From Nemertoderma westbladi (Eukaryota; Animalia; Xenacoelomorpha): 64,000 nt of DNA. The position numbers were made by a program, and so were the translations under genes. Of the stretch, positions 50,923-64,000 are shown piece by piece. Where the stretch lies: assembly GCA_032718475.1 (NCBI GenBank), contig JAUCBJ010000727.1:13229-77228 (forward strand), given 5' to 3'. How positions within the stretch are numbered: position 1 is the stretch's first letter; each line of letters opens with the position of its first letter. The notes beneath the pieces were generated by a model. That model saw nothing but the letters and a program-made list of their open reading frames with translations. It did not search any database and was not told the origin of the DNA.

Positions 50923-51091
50923 TTGAATAAAACATAGTGGAGTGGTAATTTTCATGAAAAGTATATAATTCTGTAAAATAATGTCATCATGTATAATTTG
51001 TAAAAAGGCTTCACAATCACATGATTTTGATAATAAAGTGATGGCACCGGTGTTGAATTCAAAACCCCCCGGATAACAACAATATACTGTT

Positions 51092-51165
51092 ATGTTCATG
51101 GCCGAACGTTGTCACTACGATTTAATCGTTCGACAACGTCGGTGACAACGTTCGGCCATGAACAT
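51092..51165. repeat. Perfect 24-bp inverted repeat with branched loop
   Basis: ATGTTCATGGCCGAACGTTGTCAC (51092-51115) pairs perfectly with 51142-51165. Confidence 0.9.
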
Positions 51166-51197
51166 TGAAACTAAAAATAATTTTAAATAATAGTTAA

Positions 51198-52618
51198 CCC
51201 TATTACCACTGGGGGGGCCGAATCGGCCCCTTCCTAGTTTTTAGTTGCTGTAACTATGCAACCACATTACGTACCGGCCCAATTTTTTGTGAGAATTAGC
51301 CAAATTTAATGCCGCATCTTTTGCAAAAAACTCCGTTGCAATTGGATTTCTACTTTTCGATGTGGGTGCCACCTCAAAATTTGGTCTCCAGCACCAAATT
51401 TTTTGAAATTTTCGAATTTTACAAAGTCATTCGTGATTTAGTAATTATTTATGTTTGGGCTATTTTTATTTATTTTTATTGGTTTGGATCACTCTAATGC
51501 TCTATACAAGTATGTAAGTGTAGTGGTACGTCATTTTTGGAGCACCAAATTTAGGGCGTGGCACTTTAAAATTTCAAAATTACTTTATTCGGAAAATTTA
51601 CTAAAGTTCTGATTTCGAAGCATTTTTATTGGTTTTCTGGAGCGCTGAATCGATTAAAAGTAGTATAGAAGCCTGAAGACTTAGTGGTTCGCCATTTTTG
51701 GTGCACCAAAATTAGGGCGTGGCACTTCAAATTTTGAAAAATACGAGATTCGGAAAATTCACTAAAGTTTTGATATCAAATTAATTTTATAGGTTTTCTG
51801 GAGCGCTGAATCGATTGAAAGTAATATAGAAGCCTCAAATCCTTTGTGTACGTAATTTTCGGTGCACCAAAATTAGGGAGTGGCACTTCAAATTTTCAAA
51901 ATTACTTTATTCGGAAAAAACACTAAAGTTTTGATTTCAAAAAATGGCTAACTTCTAAGTCTTCAGGCTTCTATATTACTTTCAATCGATTCAGCGGTCT
52001 GGAAAACCTATATAAATTCGTTAAAATTTCAATTTTAGTTTATTTTCCGAATCTCGTATTTTTCAAAATTTGAAGTGCCACGCCCTAATTTTGGTGCACC
52101 AAAAATGGCGAACCACTCAGTCTTCAGGCTTCTATATTACTTTCAATCGATTCAGCGGCCCACAAAACCCATAAAGATGCGTTGAAATAAAAAAATTAGG
52201 GGCATTTTCTGAATATCTAATTTTTCAAAATTAGAAGTGCCACGCCCACTTCTTAGGTGCACGAAAAATAGCATCCACTTCAATTTTTGGAAGTGGAATA
52301 TAATCACATTCGATTCAGCGTCTTGAAAAACCTACTAAATCTAGCCAACACTGCCACACTATTAGTATTTAGAAAACGAAAAATTTTGTAATTTTGTCCT
52401 GGGACTACTTTTATTTTTCATCAAAATTATGAGTCCCTGCTTATGAAATTTTAACTTTTTAAGGTTTGGTAGTGTTCATCTATAGTTGTTTCACCAACAG
52501 CCCAAATTTTGTAGGATTTCATTGGACGACTACAAAAATATAGTGGGTGGGCCGAATCGCCCCCCCCCCCCTCCCCCCCAGTGGTGCTAATGGTCAAAAC
52601 ACCCCAGTGGTAATAGGG
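51198..52618. mobile_element. Non-autonomous piggyBac-type element with internal ~160-bp direct and inverted repeats
   Basis: TTAA|CCCTATTACCACTGGGG ... CCCCAGTGGTAATAGGG|TTAA; TSD at 51194-51197 and 52619-52622. Confidence 0.9.
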
Positions 52619-52724
52619 TTAAAATATTTTACGTTTTAGAGTGTATAAAACATAGTGACAACGCTCGGCCACCATAAGTGGTGTACAACAACATATATTA
52701 GACAGCCAAACACTCAGAACTGAC

Positions 52725-55700
52725 CTGAAGATAAAAATCTCTCCGTAATCTGGGGCTTTGATAATCATAACTGTTAGATCAGTGATTGGAGTGTCATCAT
52801 CAACAATGGTGATAACCCTGTGGTTGAGAACGATGGACCCTCCTTCAACCACCTCAGGCCTTTCCTTAACGTCGATTTTGGGAACCTCGTCATTGACATC
52901 TTCTATATGAATAGTAACTGTTGCTCTATTTTTCGCTACATTGACGCCATCGGAACAACTAACATCGAAACGATCTCTCTTCTGTTCGATGACCATATCG
53001 GACGGGACCGTGTGGATACTGTTAACGTAGGCGATCGTCCCCTGGGTGATAGACAACTTGTGGAATGTGGATGTTGGAATGCCTCTCCGACTCCTGTATG
53101 CTTCACCCCCTGGTTGAGCTGCAGTATTCTCGATGTAACCAAAGGAAGGTTGGCTCACAATGGTGCAGATAATGTCATAATCTTCAACCGAATCAGAATC
53201 CGTAACATCGACATGGTCTGTAGTGAGTACAGTTCTTTGTCCTTCTTTTACAAGCACATCGATTCGTTGGGTGATTACAGGGGGCCTCATATTACCTTTG
53301 ATTATATGTACATTAATAGTGATAAACCGAATAAGTAAGGAAGTCCCTCCCACAATCATATTTGTCTTTGGGTTACTCGGAAAATAGTTGAATGCAAGTT
53401 TGAATTCGTCCCAACCTTCCAACTCATTGGGCATGAGGTAGTTAGGTTTGTAGTAATATTTGTCATCAAGCATTGGGGGTTTAACTGAATCACGTTGCCT
53501 TTCACATTCTTCATATTTCATGTCATTAGTCCCTCCCCGACACACTTTGCCCTTTCCCATGGAAATATACTTTAAAGTTTTATACCTGCGATTTCGAGCT
53601 AGAAATCCCAACTGTCGTTGCAATTTAGTAGGAAAAAGAAAGATGGCCTTGTTTTCCTCAACTTCATATGACAGTTTCAATGTATAGGTCGTCCGATCTG
53701 CGCTAACTTCTGGGTTGTTAGCTGGAGCAATACGAATTTTAACACGAATGTCAATAACATGAACGCCGTCACTCACCTCCACCCAGAAAATATCTCTGTC
53801 AGGCACATTTGACCCTCTATGGGCATAGGAAATCTGACCACTAACCCAAGAATGCAACAAGAACTGTTCAGCACCTCCTTTCAACACTTCTTGTCCAAAT
53901 TGCAGGTCCCCTTTCTCTGGCGTTTGAATGAGACGTATGATAATAATGTCACCATCATCATCATCCACCTTAAATACATTGGTATTAATAATCTTGCGTC
54001 CTTTGAAAGGAACCACCATCATTCGGTTTGTAATGTGCGGGGGCCGGTTCTGCAAAGCATATAGTATAATTGCAAATTGTTGCTCTTCCAAGCGATTTGA
54101 TGATTTATCCTGTACACTGAATACAAAGGCGATGTTTCTGCGAACCATGGACGACACTTTAACAGGTGGTTGATAACAAATATCATTCTGGTTGATCTGA
54201 GCTTGCGAGAAGGTTTGTATTTCCACGCCAGTGTGGTTGCATAAAACTAGGCTGCCTGCTGATAATGGGTTGTTGCGGTCTATGTCAACCGCATTCTGCA
54301 CCCGGTATATAAGATCGCGATCTTTACATTCATCATCCGTGTACCGTAGATCAGATCTTGTGATTGCAGTTTTCTCAAAATTCAAAACCTCCAGCTGCAT
54401 ATCAGAGGTTGGGTGACGGTAAGGTAAGTTGGAATCTCGGGGGTATATCGTGATCTTTAGGCTCTGAGTCACAGATTCGTTTGGGGGATTTCCACCATCC
54501 CGAACAATAAACCTTATCTCATCAGTAACAGTTCCTGTGGACCGCTCCACCAAGAAATTCGGATCGTAAAACACTTTGCCATCAGAGATGTTTTGCATGG
54601 AGAATTTGGAGGTCGGTTCTTTATAGTAATTATGACCGTCAGTGTCCCATCCTGTGACATCACCTTGCTGACGTGGCCTCCTGATAACAACAGTTCCCAT
54701 AGCTGGCCCACCTTTACTCGTGTCAATATAAAACACTACATTATCCATTGTTGTGTCAACGTCATAGGCGCTTAAAACGTAGCGGTTTATAGGCATGTCA
54801 TAGCCTTGATTAGCGACGAGACCGGCGTTAAGAATCACTTCTGGTTTCGAATCATCTTTAGGTAAAATTACTATCGGCAAAAGCAGATACCTTGGCTGCG
54901 ATACGCCTGATATATTTAGGAGCACAGAGTCACTGTACGAATTGGAGTCGTCGTGTTCATAAAACATTTTTCCAGCATAGATATTGCCCACAGTGAAAGA
55001 AGATGTTAGGAAATTCGAGTTACTTAACCGTCCATGGTCAGGTCCACCTAAACTCGATATCTTTATCTTAGATGGGAAGTTGTGATTGATTCTTAAGTAG
55101 TGGTTTGTTATAGCTTTCCTTGCTCCCTCGTCAATCTTTAAGCTACCGAAAAGCACAATACCTGCATTGGAGTTTTTCCATTCTTTTTCTAATCTCAAAA
55201 ACTGGAGTACTACTTTTGTTGTTCTAGAAACTATACCCGTATGACTAATTGCAACAAAGTCTATGACAACTCTTATAGAACGTGATTCATTGGGAAGTTC
55301 TGAGGGCGGCTTGTACAGTATCTTGCGATTGAGGAGGTCCTTAAAATAAAAAAAGTTTATGCCAGACATGTAATTATCCGTGGAAATTATTGAGCCACTT
55401 GAAAGTGAGTTTGTGATATTAAGCACTATTTTGTTTTGCATGTCCAGCCACTTATTATCGGTCAGTTTAAAATCTCCCAATTGCAAGGCAGTGCTTAACA
55501 CCGGATCGACCATTAAAGGTTGTCGAAATGCACGAATGACGTCAGAGTTCATGAACGAAGCATCTCTGGAAATTATATTAGCCTCGCTGTAATCTAATGC
55601 AACTTCCAAAAAGAAACATTCCTTTCGTAGTATTTGGCCGCGTCCATCCTCTATATTTACAATGAATGGTAAGTAATCTGGCAAGATTTCATTACTGGTG

Positions 55701-56362
55701 GTCGAGTTTGCTATATATCGAATATTTGAGTTGAGGAAACCCCTACATTCCAACTGACTGAAGGATGTCCCCTCACTCGAAGGTAACTCCAGGTATCCAT
55801 GTTTGGGATACGGTTGTAGAAGTTGCTTAGCAATACGGCAAACTTCAGTGGGTTGGTACTGGAATGTTAGATGATCGCTGGAGATTGGTGTGGAGCGTAA
55901 CCCTTTCGATTTCAACATCAACGGTTTTAGGAGTTTAACTACAGACAGTGGTTTCGATACTATGCGGACTTGTAGCACCAATGGTATAACTTCGACATTG
56001 TTCCGTCTCGATCTATAGAAGTAGAGTTGCATTTTTACAGGATGGAGCATTTCTCCGTCTCTATTTATCGGAGCTCCGTAATGTTGGTAGTATACCGTCT
56101 CCGGGTTAAAATTGCACCTGAACTTCCGGGGATAGACGCCCCCCATGGCCTCATCTTCCGGAAGCACAATTACATCACATGAATCCTCTGCCATCACATA
56201 TATAGTGAGGTCCCGCACGGGATTCAACCAAACCCTATTCCCCTGATCCACTTCAACCAAGTTGTTGCGGATAATTGATAAACGAGTTGTATCCAGATCC
56301 GCTTGCTTCGTTCGTGTTGCCCATAGCAACAATAGAAACATATAAAGCCAATGACAAATCAT
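52725..56362 (-). CDS. FREM2: FREM2/ECM3-like extracellular matrix protein, coding exon 1 (signal peptide, N-terminal domain, CSPG repeats)
   Basis: 3638 nt; hydrophobic N-terminus, FREM N-domain motif PRKFRCNF.PETVYYQHYGAP, repeated CSPG motifs (YEHDDSNSYSD, LSAYDVD, FSQAQINQNDICYQPP, VSDGVH, VNDEVP); donor CAG|GTCAGT at 52724, phase 2. The ORF tail below 52725 is intronic. Confidence 0.93.
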
Positions 56363-56430
56363 GGCTTCTTAATCAATTACAATGTCTCTGTCTGTATGTC
56401 CATTCTACATTCTACCCATTCCATTCATAC

Positions 56431-56450
56431 CTGAAAAAAAAATGAAGAAA
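56431..56450 (-). other. Splice acceptor upstream of the FREM2-like start codon, implying an unlocated non-coding first exon
   Basis: Polypyrimidine tract TTTTTTTTTCAG|G; exon starts at 56430, 68 nt before the ATG. Confidence 0.65.
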
Positions 56451-57576
56451 AGTTTAACCAAAGCATTGTCGCAAAATTTGTAAACTTAATAGATGTAAAT
56501 TTATCCTAATCTACATAGAGTAAATTACACCTTGTAAATTGAGAATATTTAATTTTTTTATTTACTCTCTGAAAGTCAATATCTTAAGATAGTATAAGTT
56601 TCTACAATTTTTGTGGCCAAGCTCATTATCAGTGCCATTTGAAATTGATAATCAGCTTCCACAATTTGTCTTAAAATTTGTGAAATTTAGCGACAAAACA
56701 ATAGGTTCATATTTTCAGAACCAATTATCATCTCAGCTCATACAATCGTTGTGAATCATGGCATCATATAGTAAATTAGAGGACCGGTTTGCTTAGCGAA
56801 GGTAGCCGTAGTAGATCATCTATTTATGCTTCCCACCACTATTGTACGTGTACGAACAGTAGGACGCATTGTCCTGAATATAAAATATTCATCCATGCGA
56901 AGTTAATTTATAAGCCATTGTTTTGCTATTTGCAGTGTCTCTCTCTCCTATGTAGGCCACATAGCTGATACGCAGACATACTATTATTAAATACCCATAA
57001 CAACTACACATGTTAGAGATAAATGCAATTATACATCAAAGGGGATATATCGGTCCGGGGTATATAAATATAATGGGTGGCGCAATAACAAGTGAAATTG
57101 CAGTAGAATAATATGATGAAACTACCCGACAATACTTTGCCGGCAGTATAGCTTAGCGATAGAGACATTATTATTATTATATGGTAATTCAAAAATGTCG
57201 TAAATAATTAATGTATTATTTTCGATGCTTGATTTCTTGAACTGTGGACTTCCCTACACGGGCGGGGAAGAAGAGTGCTCTGTAGCCGCGGCAAACTACC
57301 CCCAACAAACTACAACTACACGCGCACAATTAGCTATGTATATAATAATAAAGCAGAAGCAGAGCATTAGAGCTACTGATTGAGTTGTAAAGTACTATAC
57401 CCCCACAAATTCAAGGACACATGCTAATGGACTGCTCCAATTATATTAGGCAGATAGTAAAAAATTGAATCAGCTCAGCCCATAAACGGAATACATCAAC
57501 AATCGTGGTTTTCAGGTATATTAATTTTGGTGCTTGCTACTTTTCGCCAGGCAGCACATTTTCTCTAGTTCACGTC

Positions 57577-59505
57577 AATTAGTAACTAACACTCTCTTAA
57601 TTAGTAACTAACTCTCCCTTAATCAGTAACTAACTCTCTCTTAATTAGTAACTATCTCTCTCTCTTAATTAGTAACTAACTCTCTCTTAATCAGTAACTA
57701 ACTCTCTATTAATTAGTAACTAACTCTCCCTTAATTAGTAACTACCTCTCTCTTAATCAGTAACTAACTCTCTCTTAATTAGTAACTAAGTCTCTCTTAA
57801 TTAGTAACTAACTTTCTCTTAATTAGTAACTAACTCTCTCTTAATTAGTAACTAAATCTCTCTTAATTAGTAACTATCTCTTAATTAGTAACTTACTCTC
57901 TCTTAATTAGTAACTAACTCTCTCTTAATTAGTAACTACTCTCTCTCTTAATTAATAACTAACTCTCTCTTAATTAGTAACTACTCTCTCTCTTTATCAG
58001 TAAGTAACTCTCTCTTAATTAGTAACTAACTCTCTCTGAATTAGTAACTAACTCTCTCTTAATTAGTAACTAACTCTCTCTTAATTAGTAACTAACTCTC
58101 TCTTAATTAGTAACTAACTCTCTCTTGATTAGTAACTAACTCTCTCTTAATTAGTAACTAACTCTCTCTTAATTAGTAACTAACTCTCTCTTAATTAGTA
58201 ACTAACTCTATCTTAATTAGTAACTAACTCTCTCTTAATTAGTAACTACTCTCTCTCTTTATCAGTAAGTAACTATCTCTTAATTAGTAACTAACTCTCT
58301 CTTAATTTGTAACGAACTCTCTCTTAATTTGTAACGAACTCTCTCTTAATTAGTAACTAACTTTCTCTTAATTAGTAACTAACTCTCTCTTAATTAGTAA
58401 CTAACTCTCTCTTAATTAGTAACTAACTCTCTCTTAATTAGTAACTAACTCTCTCTTAATTTGTAACGAACTCTCTCTTAATTAGTAACTAACTTTCTCT
58501 TAATTAGTAACTAACTCTCTCTTAATTAGTAACTAACTCTCTCTTAATTAGTAACTAACTCTCTCTTAATTTGTAACGAACTCTCTCTTAATTAGTAACT
58601 AACTTTCTCTTAATTAGTAACTAACTCTCTCTTAATTAGTAACTAACTCTCTCTTAATTAGTAACTAACTCTCTCTTAATTAGTAACTAACTCTCTCTGA
58701 ATTAGTAACTAACTCTCTCTTAATTAGTAACTAACTCTTTCTTAATTAGTAACTAACTCTCTCTTAATTAGTAACTAACTCTCTCTTGATTAGTAACTAA
58801 CTCTCTCTTAATTAGTAACTACTCTCTCTCTTTATCAGTAAGTAACTCTCTCTTAATTAGTAACTAACTCTCTCTGAATTAGTAACTAACTCTCTCTTAA
58901 TTAGTAACTAACTCTTTCTTAATTAGTAACTAACTCTCTCTTAATTAGTAACTAACTCTCTCTTGATTAGTAACTAACTCTCTCTTAATTAGTAACTACT
59001 CTCTCTCTTTATCAGTAAGTAACTATCTCTTAATTAGTAACTAACTCTCTCTTAATTTGTAACTAACTCTCTCTTAATTTGTAACGAACTCTCTCTTAAT
59101 TAGTAATTAACTCTCTCTTAATTTGTAACGAACTCTCTCTTAATTTGTAACGAACTCTCTCTTAATTAGTAACTAACTCTCTATTAATTAGTAACTAACT
59201 CTCCCTTAATTAGTAACTAACTCTCTCTTAATTTGTACCGAACTCTCTCTTAATTAGTAACTAACTCTCTCTTAATTAGTAACTAACTCTATCTTAATTA
59301 GTACCTTAACGCTTTCTTAATTAGTAACTAACTCTCTCTTAATTAGTAACTAACTCTCTCTTAATTAGTAACTAACGCTTTCTTAATTAGTAACTAACTC
59401 TCTCTTAATTAGTAACTAACTCTCTCTTAATTAGTAACTAACGCTTTCTTAATTAGTAACTAACTCTCTCTTAATTAGTAAGTAACTCTCTCTTAATTAG
59501 TAACT
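57577..59505. repeat. 22-bp minisatellite AATTAGTAACTAACTCTCTCTT, about 87 copies
   Basis: Continuous tandem array with recurring variants (TTTGTAACGAAC, ATCAGTAAGT). Confidence 0.96.
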
Positions 59506-62500
59506 ACTAAATTGTAATCTGACTACTTAAATAGAAAGATTGTAAACGTTAGGATAGTAATATGTTGACATGAGGTACTATTATGAGGTATTATTATATC
59601 AGGATATTGGTAACTTTGTCAAGATTATGGTTGCTTTCAAGGGTTTATCGGCTGAACAATTTTCTACACAAAAATGCCATATCTGGGGCCTTTTTCGTCT
59701 AAAATTTCCACCCCCAACAGAAGTTTTTGCCAAAATTGCTCAACAGGCTAAAGGCAACCTTATTTAAAACTTTGTTCCAATCTTCAACTCAAATCTATAC
59801 AACATCACCCTAACTTTCGCATCAATAACATTATGCAACATATTTTTAATCTAACCATAACCTACTAATATAGGAGGTCATGGTCTAACGCAATTGGAAA
59901 TAATTAAGAAGTTCTTAGCTTCTTTCCTGTCTCAATTTTTCCGAAGATTTTTGGACATGTTTGCCATTTAGCTCCCTGATTGGCTAGTATACAATAATAT
60001 ACTATTAGTTGGCACACTGGGAAGAGCTATTCAGCTGGCGGGATAATACATTCAAACTAACAGTTTATATTTGATTAATTATCTGGGATAGAGTGAGAGA
60101 GTAACAAACTTGCCAAGTAATGCACTTCTCTGCAGTTTGGGCCTATCCATTCAATCAATAGTAGTGGCTTACTAGGCCCTCAGGAGCACCAGCAGCTGGT
60201 GTTGCTATCATTGAGTCTAAGATAATTTTCGTGCTATAGGGCTATTTTTCGAAATAAAAAAAAGACACTTTAATAATTTTTTGAAACTGTTTTCCGCATC
60301 ATGGGGTTGAGCTGCGTCGAATGATATAACTTTCATTTACGGACGAGCTTTAGCTTCGGAGGAGTTCACCCGATATAGATAGATACATACATACATACTG
60401 TAGATAGTGAATACTTTTACAGTAAGAAATCCTAACGGTCTTCTAATAATATAGTAAACTTACTTATTGAAAGGTCAATAATTATGTGCCGCCTTCTGTT
60501 CATTAACTCTTAGACAACATAATAAAGGTCATTTATGTGATATACATTATTGATGTATATACATTATTTTAGTGTAACTTGGAAGGAAGACTTGGACAGT
60601 TGAACAGTCGTCTGAGCACCGCCAGCTAGTAATCCATTATTTCTCAATACAGAAATTATAAGAACCTTAACAACTCCTGGTTATAACGGCACCCAAATTA
60701 CAGTACAGAAACCTAAGGGCCAGCTGCAATATTGTCTGTGGCTAAGCAATGTAGCTTGGAGGATGGAACTGGTCTGGCTAGTTGTTCTGCCAAATAAATC
60801 AATGCTTAAATTGTTATTCATCTTAGAATGGGGGGGGGGGGGGGGGGGGGGGGGTGGAGTTGCTTCAACCTTCACCTTATTACACTTGTACAATTCTTGG
60901 CCGAAGCTGTGTGGACAATGATTGACACACTGTTTCCCATTCTATTTTAACAAAACAAATACAATATATATTGTTAAATAAATAGAAAATTATTTATTTT
61001 GCATAAATTAGTTACACCCTAATGGCCTTAATCCCATATTCCTATTCATTTACTCGCATATTAATTAAAGGTAAAGTAGTGGCAAACAAACCTCTCCAAC
61101 TTTGGAGATGGGGTTTTATTTTCATCCGAATTGCCCGTTTACAAGTGCTGAAACGCACAAATTTAATTTCAGCAACCTTAAAGCCCAATTTTCGTTTACA
61201 GAAGGTGTAACATTACCGTTAAGATATCACTTTATAAATTGGAAGTGGGGCATTTCCCATTGGAATAATAATGAATAAAAATGTTCTGTATCACGCCCCT
61301 TCAGGATCGAAAAAAATATTGCTTTTGCAAATAAAGTCAATATCCAATGAATAATTTTGTCATTTTTACTTAAATCCTCAATGACGCCAGCTGGGTATCA
61401 TTCATATTATTGAGGACAACTTTAATTACTAACCGAAAACAATGAGCACATTTACTATATACAGTACAGGTAAATGCATGTCTGCCGGATTAATAATATT
61501 TTTTTATTAAATTTGCCAAACATGTAAAAGTTTAATAAAAACAAGTTATGCATATTTCAAAAAATTGAAATTCCATCATCCCATCTCCACAACATACATA
61601 TCATACACGACAAGGTGCCCCCCTACTTAAAATAATCTATGCTGCATGGATGCTGTTTGCCGAAATGTAGATAAGTGGTTTCGGTGGTTCCCATCAAGAA
61701 ATATAAGAAGGAAATAATCGCCGCTATATTGGTGGTGATGGGAGAAATAAACCTGATAAAGAAACACCCACCGGGTACGGATGTAATGATATAACTAAAC
61801 TAACTGCAATGTACGCAAATGCAATGCAAATTCTATAAATGTACGTTTCGCGGGTTTAACAACTCATTGCGTTAAGTCCGCGCTTACATTCCACTTGCTT
61901 TAAATGGTTCTTGCAGAAGAGCCTAAACTCATTCCACTAAATGACTCATGGCGGCATTGCGTAGCCTCGAATATCCTTGTCATATTTCCCCTAATCAATT
62001 GTCCAGTTGTTACCCACATCGTATGTCCGGCTGTCCGCCCTGGGCCTCAGAAGCTCCTACAAACGAAATGCCGCGAATATTTATTGACATTAGAAATTAA
62101 ATGCAATAATACTTGCAATGTGTTGCCTCTCGGCTAAACTTTTCTATCAACAAAAAGCATCGAGAGTTACGCTGACGGATGCGATGGGATATGCTACCAT
62201 TACCACGAGAAGACATCGCATAGAACTGACTACACCCGCATATCGCCTAAACACTAATTCGTTTACAACTTTGTTGTTTACCCACACGGACATATTTCCT
62301 ATATAGTATGTGGAAAATGAATTATCCGTTCTACTTCTATTCAATATATAACAATAATTGATTTTGTAGCATGCGTTGTTCCGCTACTCGCTCCAGATCG
62401 CCAAACCTCTCATATATTCATTCTCTAGATTGTCCTTATTTTTTCCCGGTTGGGGGTCCCCCCTTATGTTCTTTCTGCGATCCTCCAGCATGCCTACATA

Positions 62501-64000
62501 TAGACGAGTACGCTTACTCCAGCCTCCATGCCCTCCAATCTATTGGCCGCGGTCGTTATATCGATTTTCCCCTCCCGAAGACTCAAACAAGCGACGCTAT
62601 ACTCACCCTAATAATACGACAGGAAATCGGCAATTTACCAATCGGAACAAGAAATTATCGTTTAGTTTCGTTGTTCTTTCTCCCTGTATTCGGGAATAAG
62701 TAACGCAGGGATCAGCAATCGCCGCTATCTGGATTTTAATGCCAACGCAGGAAAGATTTTCATTATTCGAAATCTGAGATGTCTTATAGTCTCAAGAGAT
62801 TCGGATCGGGGGAGGCCTGTGTGTAGTGGGCATAATTCGAGGCCAGAGAGAGATGACGAGTTAGTTGTGTCGTTGTGTAACCATTGGAGCGCGAGATTCA
62901 TCCTGTCAGTTCCAGGACCGCGGAGGCCATCCAAGTTTATTTTAGCGTTACCGGCAGCACGCCATAGCGTGGGGGATACTCAAACTGGGACACGTAGTGA
63001 CAACGGGAAAACAGGGAGAGGGAGGGATCACCGGTATAATTATGCTAACTCCGATAATTAAATAACTTTAGCTACGAATAATGACTGCGTCCGCTTTTAA
63101 CAGTAGTACTTCACTCTAATTGAACACTGAGGTTTGCAGAAGTAATCATGTTGTTGTTGTCCTGTTGATTGTATAGACACGTGTTTACACATATGGGAGC
63201 AATAATTAATTAATTAAACTTAATTACAACGTTTAGGTTAGTAATATACATTTAGAGTCCTGGACTTGCCTGTTTAAATTACACTCTATATACTTTTCAG
63301 ACACTGCCAAAATTTCAGGGAGATTCTCATTATTATCGAATGTCAAAAGTGATTTTGGAATTTGTCTATAATGTCAGTAAATTATCAATTCGCAATTTTT
63401 AGTGACTGACATTTTGCAAGAACAGGACTGTTTAGACTAATTCGTCCCCCATGGAACATCCAATTACATCAAGTGTGATGGACACCACCCACGCCATGTC
63501 TATGGGCCAACAGCAAGTTTGGGTCTTCGTTAAAAGTTGTTTCAAATTATTTAATTATTATTCACATATTTCACACAAACGTGTTGACATATGGTACAAG
63601 TACCAATTAAGAAATGAAAGCAACAGCTTTGGAATTTGTTATTTCTTTGGCAGATATGTGTGGGGGGGGGACGCTCTTTCTCGATATTGCTCCTCACAAG
63701 AGCTGTACGGACAATGGAACACTAACTTTATTCAAATCCCGACTGAAAAAAACTCACCTTGTAAAACAGGAATAATTTAATAATAATAATGTTTTTACTT
63801 CAATCGAATTGTTTTTTAGACAAGATGTTTTTTAGTAAATCTGTTTTTTAGCTTACTCTTTCAATTCTTTACCGTGAAAAATAAAAATTATATTGTTACA
63901 AGTATCTATACGAACAGTATTTGCGCTCGAATAATGTATAGATAGGCGATAGGGTGGGACTGAGTTTTGGGATTAGACGTTACTACCGAAATTGTAAGCC

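Noticed and set aside
52619-52724. C-terminal SVLSVWLSNICCC...KIF of the 1247-aa ORF as a real protein end
   Set aside because: Lies beyond a canonical donor whose phase matches the next exon at 50218; intron read-through.
39410-59505. CRISPR-like appearance of the 29-bp and 22-bp arrays
   Set aside because: Units are directly adjacent with no unique spacers; eukaryotic context and no cas genes.
8412-60854. Long poly-G/poly-C runs (about 8412, 14580, 20115, 28945, 32915, 52560, 60829) as G-quadruplex elements
   Set aside because: Several are subterminal parts of transposons, and homopolymer lengths are unreliable.
61900-63780. Short overlapping ORFs and a CpG-richer stretch as a gene or the FREM2-like promoter
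   Set aside because: No recognisable domain or consistent exon structure; the transcription start cannot be located from sequence alone.

Overview
AT-rich animal (probably marine invertebrate) genomic DNA, not prokaryotic. The backbone is a minus-strand multi-exon FREM2/ECM3-like extracellular matrix gene (signal peptide, CSPG/cadherin-like repeats, Calx-beta domains). Eight phase-compatible GT-AG coding exons were traced from 56362 down to 15840 (about 1913 aa). The last has an open donor and I found no further exon, so the gene probably continues past the window start. In that presumed intron, on the opposite strand, lie three tandem single-exon amidase-signature genes resembling Rhodococcus-type CX3C amidases. 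They are patchwork gene-conversion mosaics whose differences cluster near predicted substrate-pocket positions. Between copies 2 and 3, a hAT element with an 8-bp TSD carries what looks like a captured exon-intron-exon piece of a PLAT/LH2 (LOXHD1-like) gene. The introns also hold hAT, Mutator-like and piggyBac non-autonomous elements, a deleted Harbinger containing an RTE LINE, CR1/RTE/SINE remnants, and minisatellites with 13, 14, 15, 22, 29 and 47 bp units. All calls were made by eye; no searches were run.
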